64,000 bases of DNA from Chamaesiphon sp. (GCA_965246715.1 CBDFFH010000002.1:192001-256000), one strand, 5' to 3'. Positions 10,732 through 21,299 are shown, numbered from the stretch's first letter. Numbers and translations: made by a program. The notes: generated from the letters alone by a model not told the origin.

Positions 10732-12123
10732 TTAAGTATTCGCACTAAATATTGCCATTTGTGTAGGTGCGCCAACTTCTGGATCGATCGATCCGATCGA
10801 GTCAAACTTCACTTGATAATTAAACTTGCTGGCAACTCCCTCCGCCCAAGCTTGAAACTCAGCGCGAGTCCATTCAAAACGATGGTCTTTATGGCGTAAT
10901 TTACCTGCCGCGAGATTGGAAAAATTGACATTGTATTCAACATTTGGCGTAGTTACGATCGCGGTGTGCGGGCGGGCAAATTCAAATAATACTCGCTCGA
11001 ACGCTGGCAGTCGATAAGGATCGAGATGTTCGATAACTTCGATCGCAGTAGCTGCATCATAACCCTCGATCCGACGATCTCGATAAGTCAAACCACCTTG
11101 CAATAATTTCACGCGATCGCGTTGCTTGGGCGAACTAAACTTGTATTCTAAGCGCTCTCTGGCAATCTCCAAGGCACGATATGACACATCGATACCCAAA
11201 ATCTCCTCGAAGTAAGGATCTTGCACCAACAGGCGAATGAGCTTACCTTCACCGCAACCGAGATCGACTACTTTTTGGGCATTGGCAGCTTTGAGGGTTT
11301 GAGCGATGGTTTCTAGACGTTGTTGATTGAGACTGAGCGGCTTTTCGAGGATGGCTTCGTCGGTATCTCGATCTATTTCAGTGGTGTCAGGATCGATATC
11401 TTCCGCACTCGTCAGTTGCGCTAGAGCACTTCTCGTTAATTTAGCCTGACGTTTAAGATAGCGATGGGTGATTTCATTTTTTTCAGGATGAGTTGCCAAC
11501 CAGCCTCCACCATGCCGCAGCAGTTTGTCAACTTCCTCTGTGTCTACCCAATAATGTTTGTCATTATCCAGTACCGGAATCAGCACGTAGAGATGGCTGA
11601 GTAAATCGGCAAGTTTCACCGTCGCACTGACAGTTAGAGTGTAGTAATAGCTTTGACCCCAGTCAGGAAACTCCTCATCGAGTGGATAACCCTCGATCGT
11701 GAGGGTATAACCAAATGGCTCGAACAGCCGATGCAATAAGCTAGTACCGCCCCGACAGGGTACAGCGGAAATCGTTGCCGACAGCGGAATCGGGGTATCG
11801 ACAAGCTCGGGACGGTTGGGGCAGCGGCCATTTAATGCCGTACCGTAAATCTGTGAAATCGCAACACTGAGAAAGGATGAAGCGACATACGGCCGATCGT
11901 TCACATATTGGTCTAAGGTATGTGCTTGCTTACCACGTACCAATTCTACCGGATCGATATCGATGATTAATGCTGCTGTACACCGATCGACCGTCGCTTC
12001 AGGATAAAATACCTGTGCCTTACCCCAAGACAACGGAAAAGTTTGCGATCGATCGGGGTGTTTGTGCAGTAAATAGCCGAGATCGGTAGCTGGATTGTGA
12101 GTCGTGGTAATCGTCAATAACAT
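10732..12123 (-). CDS. hen1: 3'-terminal RNA ribose 2'-O-methyltransferase Hen1
   Basis: MLLTITTTH.PATDLGYLLHKHP N-terminus, YVNDRPYVASS, VDLGCGEG, EVIEH, TTPN and RHKDHRFEWTRAEF. Confidence 0.93.
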   Translation of the reverse strand: MLLTITTTHNPATDLGYLLHKHPDRSQTFPLSWGKAQVFYPEATVDRCTAALIIDIDPVELVRGKQAHTLDQYVNDRPYVASSFLSVAISQIYGTALNGRCPNRPELVDTPIPLSATISAVPCRGGTSLLHRLFEPFGYTLTIEGYPLDEEFPDWGQSYYYTLTVSATVKLADLLSHLYVLIPVLDNDKHYWVDTEEVDKLLRHGGGWLATHPEKNEITHRYLKRQAKLTRSALAQLTSAEDIDPDTTEIDRDTDEAILEKPLSLNQQRLETIAQTLKAANAQKVVDLGCGEGKLIRLLVQDPYFEEILGIDVSYRALEIARERLEYKFSSPKQRDRVKLLQGGLTYRDRRIEGYDAATAIEVIEHLDPYRLPAFERVLFEFARPHTAIVTTPNVEYNVNFSNLAAGKLRHKDHRFEWTRAEFQAWAEGVASKFNYQVKFDSIGSIDPEVGAPTQMAIFSANT

Positions 12124-12200
12124 TTAATTCGTACTCGATCTTCGTTAGAACCCATCTCCCAACTATACCAAAGCTTCCAAATCCAAAATCCAAAATTAAT

Positions 12201-12932
12201 TTACTCGCCCTGCGGACATTCCTCCCACAGGCTGGTTGTCTGGCGCAAACTACTCCAGTTACCTCCAGCTAAAATCAGATGATCTAATAGCGGAATGCCG
12301 AGTAACTTGGCTCCAGCTAGCAATTGACGGGTAAGTTCGATATCTGCTTGACTGGCTTGAGTACTACCCGAGGGATGGTTGTGGGCGACAATCGTTTTAG
12401 TCGCACCTTGTTTGAGCACTTCGCGGAAGATTTCGCGCGGTGGAGCAAGGGTTTCCGTCGCCGTACCGATCGTAATTAATTGCGTACCAAGCAATCGATT
12501 TTTGACATCTAATAACAAAATTGCCAATCGCTCTTGTTGCGACCACATCAACTCCTGACTCAGTGCCGCAACCGCAGCTTCTGGACTATCGATAATCGCT
12601 CGATCGGGCGGACGCAAGATACAAGCTCTTTGTCCTAATTCTACTGCGGCGAGAATCGCTGTGGCTTTAGCTGGCCCGACACCAGGAATATTCATTAATT
12701 CTTGCGGTGCAACATCCCGCAACCGCTCTAACGGATCGCGTTGATGCTGTCCTAATTGATTGAGAATATATTCGCCCAATCCGATCGCGGATAGTTTACC
12801 AGCCCCCTGTCCCGTACCCAGCAAAATCGCAATCAATTCGGCATTTTTTAAGTGTTTGACTCCATGTGCGAGGAGACGTTCGCGTGGACGTTCGGTACTA
12901 GGTAAGTCGATAATGCGGAGGCTGTAAGTCAT
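12201..12932 (-). CDS. radC: RadC/JAB-domain DNA repair protein
   Basis: ERPRERL, HhH motif GVGPAKA, AHNHPSG and LLDHLI. Confidence 0.93.
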   Translation of the reverse strand: MTYSLRIIDLPSTERPRERLLAHGVKHLKNAELIAILLGTGQGAGKLSAIGLGEYILNQLGQHQRDPLERLRDVAPQELMNIPGVGPAKATAILAAVELGQRACILRPPDRAIIDSPEAAVAALSQELMWSQQERLAILLLDVKNRLLGTQLITIGTATETLAPPREIFREVLKQGATKTIVAHNHPSGSTQASQADIELTRQLLAGAKLLGIPLLDHLILAGGNWSSLRQTTSLWEECPQGE

Positions 12933-13070
12933 TACGCGAACGATCGGGAGAACATGTAGTTAAAATTACTTGTCACTTTACGATCGATTGTCGTGCCAGC
13001 GAATCACTGGAATGGCTGATTTTTGCTGTGTTCGCTAAATAAACTGTGGTGCTGTGTCGGAATGAGTAGA

Positions 13071-13207
13071 CTCGCATCTTGCCTCAAAACAAAGTTACTA
13101 GTGTTTTAGTGGCTAGTTTTGGTAGTTGTGAGTAAGTTTTATGACTATTCGACCGCCTTGGTGGCGCGCTTCGCGATCGGTTTTTATATACTGGTGCAAG
13201 ATATGAG
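13071..13207. mobile_element. MITE with ends of the IS701-like element
   Basis: CTCGCATCTTGC...CTGGTGCAAGATATGAG matches the IRs at 46534/47763; 4-bp TSD TAGA. Confidence 0.75.
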
Positions 13208-13560
13208 TAGATTTGCACCTGACAAAGCTGATAATGCTCGCTTGAGTAATTAGAATCTTTAATGCGATCGATAAGTAGTGTAAATTAGTAATTTAGCGAT
13301 GGTTTTCGGGATTAATAGTGTGAGTGGATCTGGGGAAAATGCAACTGCGACAATTGCTGTCATCAAGCGGCAGCGATGCTCGTTAAACCCGACGATCGGT
13401 AGCTTCAGACACTTGTATTTTTGTAAATATCTATTAAGCTAGATTAAATATCCGCGATCGATCTTGCCGTTACCGTTGGCGAAGCCTGCGACCGATCGCA
13501 AGCGAGTAAGTTCGTGGCAAGACGAGATCTTCATCGGAATGAATTAAGGGAATTGAAATT

Positions 13561-14925
13561 ATGACAAATGCAGTCTATAACCAGACACCCCATCATGTTG
13601 TTATCGTTGGTGGTGGATTTGGTGGACTCTATGCAGCTCAGTCACTGGGTAAATCACCCAATGTAAAAGTGACACTGATCGATAAACGCAATTTTCATCT
13701 GTTTCAACCACTCTTGTATCAAGTAGCGACTGGTGGATTATCTCCTGCCGAAATATCTTCACCATTGCGATCGATCCTCAACAAACAGCAGAATACGACC
13801 GTGTTGATGGGTCAAGTCGATAACATCGATCCAGTGGAGCAGAGAGTATTTTTAAATCACGGTCAGATCGATTACGACACATTGATTGTCGCTACTGGTG
13901 TCAGCCATCATTATTTTGGTAACGACCAATGGGCACCAACCGCTCCAGGCTTAAAAACAGTTGAAGATGCGCTAGAAATGCGGCGACGGATTTTTGTCGC
14001 ATTTGAAGCAGCCGAAAAAGAAACCGACCCAGAAAAACGACGGGCTTGGCTGACGTTCGTAGTCATCGGCGGCGGCCCTACCGGCGTAGAATTAGCTGGT
14101 GCGATCGCCGAACTCGCCTATAGTACGCTCAAAAAAGATTTTCGGAATATCGATACCGCCGAAACCCAAGTACTGCTGCTTGAAGGGATGGATCGGGTGT
14201 TGCCCCCATACCCGCCCGAATTGTCTGCAAAAGCCGAAGTATCGCTAGTAAATTTGGGCGTGAAAGTGCAGACGAAAACGCTCGTTACCAATATTGAAAA
14301 CCATACAGTTACTACCCGCCAAGGCGAAAATATCGACACGATTCAAGCGCGAACCATTCTCTGGGCGGCGGGAGTTAAAGCTTCAGCGATGGGTAAAATT
14401 GTCGCCGAACATACAGGTGCCGAACTCGATCGTGTCGGTCGCGTGATGGTCGAATCCGACTTGAGTGTCAAAGGACATCCGAATATTTTCGTAATCGGTG
14501 ACTTAGCAAACTTCACGACCGAAGAAGGTAAGCCCTTGCCTGGAGTCGCCCCAGTCGCTACCCAAGAAGGTAAATATGTCGCGCAACTGATTCGTAAGCG
14601 GTTGGCGGGTAAGACGTTGCCAGCATTTAAGTACTTTAATGGTGGTAGCTTGTCAGTCATCGGCAGACATTCGGCAGTAGCGGATATTGGTTCGATGAAG
14701 TTTTCAGGATTCTTTGCTTGGTTGATCTGGGTATTCGTCCATATTTATTATTTAATTGAGTTCGATAATAAATTGGTGGTGTTCATTCAGTGGACTTGGA
14801 GTTATTTCACTCGCAAACGCGGTGCGCGGTTGATTACGGGCGATGAATCGCTGGGACAAGTAGGCGTTGACGATCGCGGGGATTATTTTGTATCCTCCGA
14901 AACCAAAGCGGCGGTAAAAGTCTAG
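13561..14925 (+). CDS. Type II NAD(P)H dehydrogenase (NDH-2)
   Basis: VVIVGGGFGG, FQPLLYQVATG, GGGPTGVELAG and FVIGD motifs. Confidence 0.92.
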   Translation: MTNAVYNQTPHHVVIVGGGFGGLYAAQSLGKSPNVKVTLIDKRNFHLFQPLLYQVATGGLSPAEISSPLRSILNKQQNTTVLMGQVDNIDPVEQRVFLNHGQIDYDTLIVATGVSHHYFGNDQWAPTAPGLKTVEDALEMRRRIFVAFEAAEKETDPEKRRAWLTFVVIGGGPTGVELAGAIAELAYSTLKKDFRNIDTAETQVLLLEGMDRVLPPYPPELSAKAEVSLVNLGVKVQTKTLVTNIENHTVTTRQGENIDTIQARTILWAAGVKASAMGKIVAEHTGAELDRVGRVMVESDLSVKGHPNIFVIGDLANFTTEEGKPLPGVAPVATQEGKYVAQLIRKRLAGKTLPAFKYFNGGSLSVIGRHSAVADIGSMKFSGFFAWLIWVFVHIYYLIEFDNKLVVFIQWTWSYFTRKRGARLITGDESLGQVGVDDRGDYFVSSETKAAVKV

Positions 14926-14950
14926 CAATCCCAAACTACCACGATCTTTA

Positions 14951-14983
14951 CTAGAGCGGCATCCATAATCGATACCGCTCTAG
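14951..14983 (+). terminator. Stem-loop after the NDH-2 gene
   Basis: CTAGAGCGG...CCGCTCTAG inverted repeat; weak T-tract. Confidence 0.5.
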
Positions 14984-15334
14984 CTCGCCTAATTTTCCAT
15001 TCACCAGCACAGTAGCGGTAAAATTATCTCACTCGATCGTTAAAAGTAGTGCTGGAGATCGAGCCATGCAAATAACATAACTCAACATCGGGCATGCGAT
15101 CGATCGGCAGCCCCAAATAGTCGTTCCACGGATCTAAGACAAAACCCTCAACCATTCGATCGGATCGAGATTAAAGTCGATCGATATCAGATCGATCTAA
15201 AGCACCATCTACAGTTGCTAAAGTCATTCAATCCAAAATCACAATTAGCTTACTTTTGCTAAAGTGCGAACTGCTAAAATTTCGTCAGAGCGTAAGATTT
15301 AGATCGCAGAAATAGGCACCGCAATCTCTGTCAA

Positions 15335-16822
15335 CAGGGTGAACGCACTTAAATTTCCTACTATTTAAAATCCTCGCAAATCAGTTGCAGATTTGAATTA
15401 CGAAAAGTATGAAAGCTTTAATGGTAAACAAGTATAGCCAGTTAATTATGTTATATTTATTGGAAATTCAGATCGCGTCAAATGAAGCTAAAGCCAAGGC
15501 ATAGTATCGCAGAACACTTTGGTGACATAAAAGACATTAGAATTGAACGGGGGAAAAAACACAAACTAATCGATATTATCACGATCTCGATTTGTGCAGT
15601 AGTATGTGGAGCAGATGGATGGGAAGACATAGAGCTGTATGGCATCACCAGAAAAAAATGGCTGGAGGAATTTCTAGAATTACCGAATGGGATACCATCT
15701 CACGATACATTTGCACGGGTATTTTCACAAATTAATCCTGAAGAATTCAATAAATCTTTCCTGCATTGGATTAAAGGAATAAGTAAAATAACAGCAGGAG
15801 AGATAATCGCATTTGATGGAAAACAATCTCGAAATTCAAGAGACGAAAAAAATGGTAAAGGAGTAATTAATACGGTCAGTGCTTGGGCAGCAAGTAATAG
15901 ATTAGTATTAGGACAAACAAAAGTCGAGAGTAAATCAAATGAAATTACTGCATTGCCTGAGTTGATTAATGCCTTAGATCTAGCTGGATGTATAGTGACA
16001 ATTGATGCAATGGGATGTCAGCGAGAAATAGTCAAGAAAATTGTCAAAAAAGAAGCAGATTATGTAATTGCTGTCAAAAAGAATCAACCAAGTTTATATG
16101 AAAGGGTAGAACAGCTATTCAAACAGGCGATTAAAACTCGTGGTGAAAGTCTGAAAACGCATAGCTTCAGCAGTAGAGAGATGAATAGAGGTAGAGAGGA
16201 AACTCGTAATTACCTAATGATATCAGACATTGCAACATCAATAGATCCATTGCTAAAATGGCAAAATCTGACTAGTATTTGCATGGTAGAATCAGTTCGA
16301 GTTGTCAATGAAAAAACCAGCGTAGAAGCTCGTTATTTCATCAGTAGCTTAGAAGATAATGTTGAAAAACTAGCAGAAGCAATCAGAGGTCATTGGTCGA
16401 TAGAAAATTCACTCCATTGGGTACTTGATGTTATTTTCAAAGAAGACATTAGTCGAATTAGAAAAGATAATGCTCCAGCTAATTTTGCTGTTTTAAGACA
16501 TATAGCAGTTAATATAATGAGTCAGAACAAGAGTCGAAAACTAAGTGTTAGGAAGAAGCGATTTCTTGCGAGCCTTGATGAAGAATATTCGCGCGAACTT
16601 CTAGAGGCTATTTTAGCCTAAATTTAACTAACCCCAGAGTATGAATTTGGCTAAATATCTTTAGCCGCACTTTTGCCGGACTAAATTGAGTTAATTTAAC
16701 CTCGTCTTTGGTTTCGATTTTATTGATATTGTCGTAATTGTAGTTAAGCAATCGAATATCATTAATCGCCTATTTTAGTGGCTCTCGATCGAAATAAATC
16801 CTGTTTTGATGCGTTCACCCTG
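15335..16822 (+). mobile_element. ISAs1-family IS, copy 1 (1488 bp)
   Basis: IR CAGGGTGAACGCA / TGCGTTCACCCTG; 10-bp TSD TCTCTGTCAA. Confidence 0.95.
15482..16621 (+). CDS. ISAs1-family transposase
   Basis: GIPSHDTF, FDGK, KSNEITA, TIDAMGCQ and RGHWSIENSLHWVLDV. Confidence 0.95.
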   Translation: MKLKPRHSIAEHFGDIKDIRIERGKKHKLIDIITISICAVVCGADGWEDIELYGITRKKWLEEFLELPNGIPSHDTFARVFSQINPEEFNKSFLHWIKGISKITAGEIIAFDGKQSRNSRDEKNGKGVINTVSAWAASNRLVLGQTKVESKSNEITALPELINALDLAGCIVTIDAMGCQREIVKKIVKKEADYVIAVKKNQPSLYERVEQLFKQAIKTRGESLKTHSFSSREMNRGREETRNYLMISDIATSIDPLLKWQNLTSICMVESVRVVNEKTSVEARYFISSLEDNVEKLAEAIRGHWSIENSLHWVLDVIFKEDISRIRKDNAPANFAVLRHIAVNIMSQNKSRKLSVRKKRFLASLDEEYSRELLEAILA

Positions 16823-16859
16823 TCTCTGTCAAAGATTCACCAATCGCATTAAAAATTTC

Positions 16860-17686
16860 GGCGTTGCTGGATTAAGATATGATTTGGCGATCGAGAGGTA
16901 ATCTGTGCCGTCGATCGCCAGAACTAACTGAATTAGGAGTTGGTACTTCACCAAATTTAAGATAATGAATTAACAATCTAATAGAATGCTTTAGCATTTG
17001 TTCGCACTTAGAATAACATAATGTTTTTCTTTTTAATCGAGCTAAGTAATGTCTGAGCCTAGTGTTTTCACCCTCAACTCTTGTCATATAAGTTTTACTC
17101 ACGATTTGGTCACCATCTGGAATAAATATTGGATAGACCCTCCACCCATCCGTCACATAAAAATAACATTTCCATGTACTTACCAAATTCTCCCATAGCG
17201 GTCTAAATGTCTTAGCACTGTGGTCGCCTAATACCCATCCTAAAATACCCATCTGAAAGTGATTTACTGCCGTCCAGAGCCAGATCTTGTTTTTTTTGAG
17301 CCAACAAACGTCTCTAACTCATCCAACTCACCAACTTCTGGTATTTGGTCTGAATTATAGTAATCTGGGAGATTTGCCCCTACTTGCTTCACCCAATCCA
17401 TGACAGTTGTATTATGCACACCCATTACTCTTTCTATTGCTCGAAATCCCATCCCATTAACATACATTGACAAACATTTCTGCTTGATTTGTGGTGAATA
17501 TCCTCTGTGTGCTTCATAACAATCTATAAATTGCCGTCCGCAGTCTTTACAAATATGGTTCTGCTTTCCCTTTATTCGCCCATTTTTATTGATATTGGAC
17601 GATCTACATTCAGGACATTCCATTTAGATATTTGCTCTTGTTACTTCTCTCGATCGCCTTAGATCATATCCTAATCCAGCAACGCC
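16860..17686 (-). mobile_element. IS1-family element (InsA 17264-17623, InsB 16872-~17300, probable programmed -1 frameshift)
   Basis: IR GGCGTTGCTGGATTA; 8-bp TSD AAAATTTC; CPEC..CKDC zinc ribbon; an A-run at GSKK; TDGW and RHYLARL motifs. Confidence 0.93.
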
Positions 17687-17865
17687 AAAATTTCTAGTAT
17701 GCAACCTTCTTCACCGTTATTTGGATGAGGGACAAAATCGACTAACGTTGCAATATCTCCGGCTCTGAGTCCATACTCTGGTAAGTCGCGAGTTAATGAG
17801 ACTTCTTGATATAATTCCATTGTCATATGAAAATTCCCAAATCATCAGAATGGATTGGTATAATC

Positions 17866-18210
17866 TTAATCCTCATCCTCTTCATCAAAATCTGAATCTT
17901 TAAATCCTAACCAGAATAGAATTATTTCTTCTACTTCACCTAATTGATCTGGTGTGAGATTTCCTAATTTACGGATCAGTTTTGCATGAGGAATTGTAAT
18001 GATATTTTGCACATCAAAGGCACCAGGTCGAAGAAATCTTACTGCGATATCGACTTCAAATCTCGAACCTCGCGAACTTGTTGTGTGTGGAATGAGTGTT
18101 GTTAACGCCCGATCTCGATCTAATGCCGGAATACTGACAACTAAACATGGTCTGACTTTTGCCACCGAACCCAAATCGACCAACCAAACGTCACCTCGAC
18201 TAGGATTCAT
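17866..18210 (-). CDS. PemK/MazF-family toxin
   Basis: RGDVWLVDLG..KVRPCLVVS, IPHTT, KLGNL. Confidence 0.88.
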   Translation of the reverse strand: MNPSRGDVWLVDLGSVAKVRPCLVVSIPALDRDRALTTLIPHTTSSRGSRFEVDIAVRFLRPGAFDVQNIITIPHAKLIRKLGNLTPDQLGEVEEIILFWLGFKDSDFDEEDED

Positions 18211-18394
18211 ACGCAGCTTCGTCTTGGTCTAACTGTAGAAAAATTTCCTCGGCATTTAGAACCAAGTCATCATCGGATAATGGTGGAAAGTCTAAATAAG
18301 CTGTCCGTTTGAAAATCTCTGATGCTAAATCTAGTCGCTCTGAGTCTGTCAGGCGATCGAATGTAGTTAAGAAATCTTGTACAACAGGAGTCAT
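18200..18394 (-). CDS. Putative antitoxin of the adjacent MazF
   Basis: Small acidic ORF overlapping the toxin start. Confidence 0.7.
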   Translation of the reverse strand: MTPVVQDFLTTFDRLTDSERLDLASEIFKRTAYLDFPPLSDDDLVLNAEEIFLQLDQDEAAYES

Positions 18395-18461
18395 CGTTTC
18401 TCTCCTCTTCAATATATTCACAGCATAACACCACTTAATCTTTTTGAGCTAGTAGATTGGC

Positions 18462-18540
18462 TCGATCGAATCCTCCCACCATCAGCATCGATCGATAACC
18501 CAAAGCCCGATCGAACACCATCACGATCGAATCCCCCACC
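18462..18540. repeat. CGATCG-rich repeat unit related to 19200-19475
   Basis: CGATCGAATC..CCCACCATCAG and CCCAAA.CCCGATCGAACA..ATCACGATCGA motifs are shared with the longer tract. Confidence 0.7.
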
Positions 18541-18541
18541 A

Positions 18542-18790
18542 CTAGCTTACTTTTGCTAGAGTGCGAACTGCTAAAATTTCGTCAGAGCGTAAGGTTTCGA
18601 TCGCAGAAATAGGCACCGCAATCTCTGTCAAAGATTCACCGATCGCATTAAAAATTTCTAGTACGCAGCCTTCTTCACCATTATTTGGATGAGGAACAAA
18701 ATCGACTAACGTTACAATATCTCCAGCTCTGAGTCCATGCTCTGGTAAGTCACGAGTTAATGAGACTTCTTGATATAATTCCATTGTCAT
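18542..18790 (-). CDS. DUF4926-like small protein
   Basis: ELYQEVSLTRDLPEHGLRAGDIVTLVD..EEGCVLEIFNAIG; family assigned from recall. Confidence 0.75.
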   Translation of the reverse strand: MTMELYQEVSLTRDLPEHGLRAGDIVTLVDFVPHPNNGEEGCVLEIFNAIGESLTEIAVPISAIETLRSDEILAVRTLAKVS

Positions 18791-18791
18791 A

Positions 18792-19121
18792 TTAAGTCTT
18801 CTTACTAGGTTTAAGTGTCACGAATTGAAATTTGTCATCGATCTGTCTTTCTAGCCAAACGGTAATAACTGATAGAATTGTACCATTTACACCGATGAGA
18901 TCTGCTTCAACTTGGTAAAAGGTACCATACTCGTTGATTTTCTCTTCAACTGCGTCTGTGGATAGTGCCTGTGTCTGAATGGCTAGTTTTAATGCTTCTG
19001 AGTTTTCCTGTGTGAACCCAGCCTGAGCTAAAAACTTCGATTTATCATTCCGTGGTTTTGGCTCCAGTAGATAGCGGGTGATTTTAGCATCTGCAATAAC
19101 TAAATCTTCGGGAATCCTCAT
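18792..19121 (-). CDS. DUF6883-like protein (putative toxin partner of DUF4926)
   Basis: IADAKITRYLL..DKSKFLAQAGFT..YGTFY..TVW..FVTLKP; family assigned from recall. Confidence 0.65.
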   Translation of the reverse strand: MRIPEDLVIADAKITRYLLEPKPRNDKSKFLAQAGFTQENSEALKLAIQTQALSTDAVEEKINEYGTFYQVEADLIGVNGTILSVITVWLERQIDDKFQFVTLKPSKKT

Positions 19122-19199
19122 GATTAGACCTATTTTACTAACTATCTGACACAAGGATATAGTTTCGATCGATTCTTTAATTTTAACTGATCGAGTGAG

Positions 19200-19475
19200 A
19201 TCGATAGCCAAAAGCCCGATCAAACATCATCACGATCGAATCATCCCACCATCAGAGATCGACAAAACATCAACATCGATCGATACCCCAAAACCCGATC
19301 GAACATCCTCACGATCGATTCCCCACACCATCAGCGATCGACAAAACATCAACATCGATCGACAACCTAAAGCACGATCGAATCCTCTCACCATCATCGA
19401 TTGACAAAACATCAACATCGACACACCACCAGCGATTGACAAAACAGCCATAAAATTATCAACATCGATCGACTA
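19200..19475. repeat. Degenerate tandem CGATCG-rich repeat
   Basis: About 3-4 imperfect units containing CACGATCGAATC, CACCATCAG and GACAAAACATCAACATCGA. Confidence 0.75.
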
Positions 19476-19769
19476 AAGTTTGATCGACTATCCTAACTTC
19501 ACCACATTTAATTTGATTGGATACTGTAATGGTATAAAATTTCTAATTTCAATAAACATATCTCTCGATTAAGTACTAAGTTCAATTCAAAGTGTCGATT
19601 TATACTCTTGCAATTAACCTTTAAGGATTTTTTTGTGAACCGTGATAATTTGGGAAATATTAATGTAATATTGAAAATGAATATTTAGTAATCTTGATTG
19701 ATTCAGAGTGCTGCAATATCCAGATGAATAAGCTCAAAGTCAATTTACATCAATCCTTCTCAGATAAAA

Positions 19770-20663
19770 ATGAAACAGAATCCTAATTTAATACAAAAAA
19801 TTTTCTCTCGGGTTTCTATTCTCAACAACAAAACATTATTGATTCTTGGCGTACCAGTAGCTTTATTTGGAATAATATCTGGCTGGATAGTTTTCCATGA
19901 ACATATTGAAAAAAATGCCGCAGGTGTCAAAGAGCAAAATAGACTAAAGGAAGAATCGATAGATAAGAACTTTAAAGATGCTTCAAAACAAATAGGGAGT
20001 AAAAATCTAAAAATCAGAGAATCTGGAGTTGAAGCTATGGGAAGAATCGATGCAAGTTTTTCTGACAAAACTCGATGGGATATCATGGAGAAACTAGCAA
20101 GTGTTATTCGAGCTGATTCTCCAGCCACAAAGAGGAATAAAAATAGGATAAAGCCTGCTCCTATTCCAGTGACAGCGAAGAAAGCTCTAGAGATTATTAA
20201 ATTTCATAATTATAATAAACCAATTAAATATGAATTCTTGGACTTAAAGAAAGTTAATTTGTATCATGGCGATTTGCAGGCAGCAAAGTTCTCTAGAGTG
20301 GATCTTCGTGATAGCCAATTATACATGACAGGTCTGAAGGAAGCAGAGTTGAGAGAATCTAATTTGAGTCGAGCTTATTTAAGGGCATCAGATCTAAGCA
20401 ATACTCATTTAAACAATGCAGATCTTACTGAAGCAGATCTTATGGGAGCTGACCTTATAAAAGCAGATCTTAGTGGAGCGAAACTAAATGGAGCTAACTT
20501 AAGAGAAGCTAACTTAAGTGGAGCTATTTTTGATGATAAACAAATAAAAAAAGCCTGTAATTGGAAAATGGCAACAGATGATGAAGGAAGAATACAGAGA
20601 TTAAAGGAAGACAATTCTTCGGAGCCAGAAACAGAACCTGATTGCGAAAAATTTGATTTTTAG
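19770..20663 (+). CDS. Membrane-anchored pentapeptide-repeat protein
   Basis: N-terminal TM segment followed by A(D/N)LxxA repeats. Confidence 0.85.
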   Translation: MKQNPNLIQKIFSRVSILNNKTLLILGVPVALFGIISGWIVFHEHIEKNAAGVKEQNRLKEESIDKNFKDASKQIGSKNLKIRESGVEAMGRIDASFSDKTRWDIMEKLASVIRADSPATKRNKNRIKPAPIPVTAKKALEIIKFHNYNKPIKYEFLDLKKVNLYHGDLQAAKFSRVDLRDSQLYMTGLKEAELRESNLSRAYLRASDLSNTHLNNADLTEADLMGADLIKADLSGAKLNGANLREANLSGAIFDDKQIKKACNWKMATDDEGRIQRLKEDNSSEPETEPDCEKFDF

Positions 20664-20715
20664 AGAGTCGTTAGCTAGAGTTAGTGAGAGTAATGGCTAC
20701 CACGCAGTTGATCGA

Positions 20716-20916
20716 TTATTTCTCAGACAATATTCGTTGAAATTGCTGAAGTTGTTGCTCTTCCTCTTCTTTAGTTTCAGGCAATCTGTACCAAACTGCT
20801 TCTGCATCTGGGGTACGACGGCAGTAGATTTCTCTAAGGGGTTCGACTTCATCTCGATGAGCTAGCGCGTAAGCTTTTAACTCAGCGATTGTCATTGTTT
20901 CAAATTTCAGGTGCAT
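20716..20916 (-). CDS. DUF6887-like small protein
   Basis: FETMTIAELKAYALAHRDE motif. Confidence 0.6.
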   Translation of the reverse strand: MHLKFETMTIAELKAYALAHRDEVEPLREIYCRRTPDAEAVWYRLPETKEEEEQQLQQFQRILSEK

Positions 20917-21126
20917 TTAAGTCGCCTTTAATTGTTCTAGTTTTTGTTGAATTAAAATTTCAACTTGCTTAAACTCATCACTTGAATTGGGAAGATCGAA
21001 TGTCTCTGGAGACGCATCCGCAGTGAATCGATCTACAAACGCATGAAATGCAGATAAATCGTCGGGGTGAGAGATAACATAGGCTCTCAACTCACCTTTT
21101 GTCATGGCATTAAAATCAGGGTTCAT
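20917..21126 (-). CDS. DUF6887-like small protein
   Basis: PDFNAMTKGELRAYVISHPDD motif; paralog of the previous ORF. Confidence 0.65.
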   Translation of the reverse strand: MNPDFNAMTKGELRAYVISHPDDLSAFHAFVDRFTADASPETFDLPNSSDEFKQVEILIQQKLEQLKAT

Positions 21127-21299
21127 TGTAAGAATCTCCAGCGACCATTACGGTAGATTTCTATCTGTATATTTTCACCAGCCAACATAAATATGTTGCC
21201 CGTTCGTTCGTCAATGCGAACAATGAAAATAGGAGTAAAGGTATTGGTTAAAAACTGGCACAGGATAACACACCTAATGCCTTGCTCGGCGGTTGGCAA
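21123..21299 (-). CDS. DUF6888-like 58-aa protein (not in the ORF track)
   Basis: Manual translation from a TTG start: LPTAEQGIRCVILCQFLTNTFTPIFIVRIDERTGNIFMLAGENIQIEIYRNGRWRFLQ*. ATGA overlap with the next gene. Confidence 0.6.
   Translation of the reverse strand: MPTAEQGIRCVILCQFLTNTFTPIFIVRIDERTGNIFMLAGENIQIEIYRNGRWRFLQ

Larger units (their letters stand above)
15246..17826 (-). pseudogene. DUF4926-like gene copy interrupted by ISAs1 and IS1, with an internal stop
   Basis: Three segments (15246-15334, 16823-16859, 17687-17826) are near-identical to the intact gene at 18542-18790; GAA>TAA near 15300. Confidence 0.85.

Noticed and set aside
19195..19451. ORFs across the CGATCG-rich repeat
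   Set aside because: They are low-complexity translations of the repeat with no RBS or family motif.
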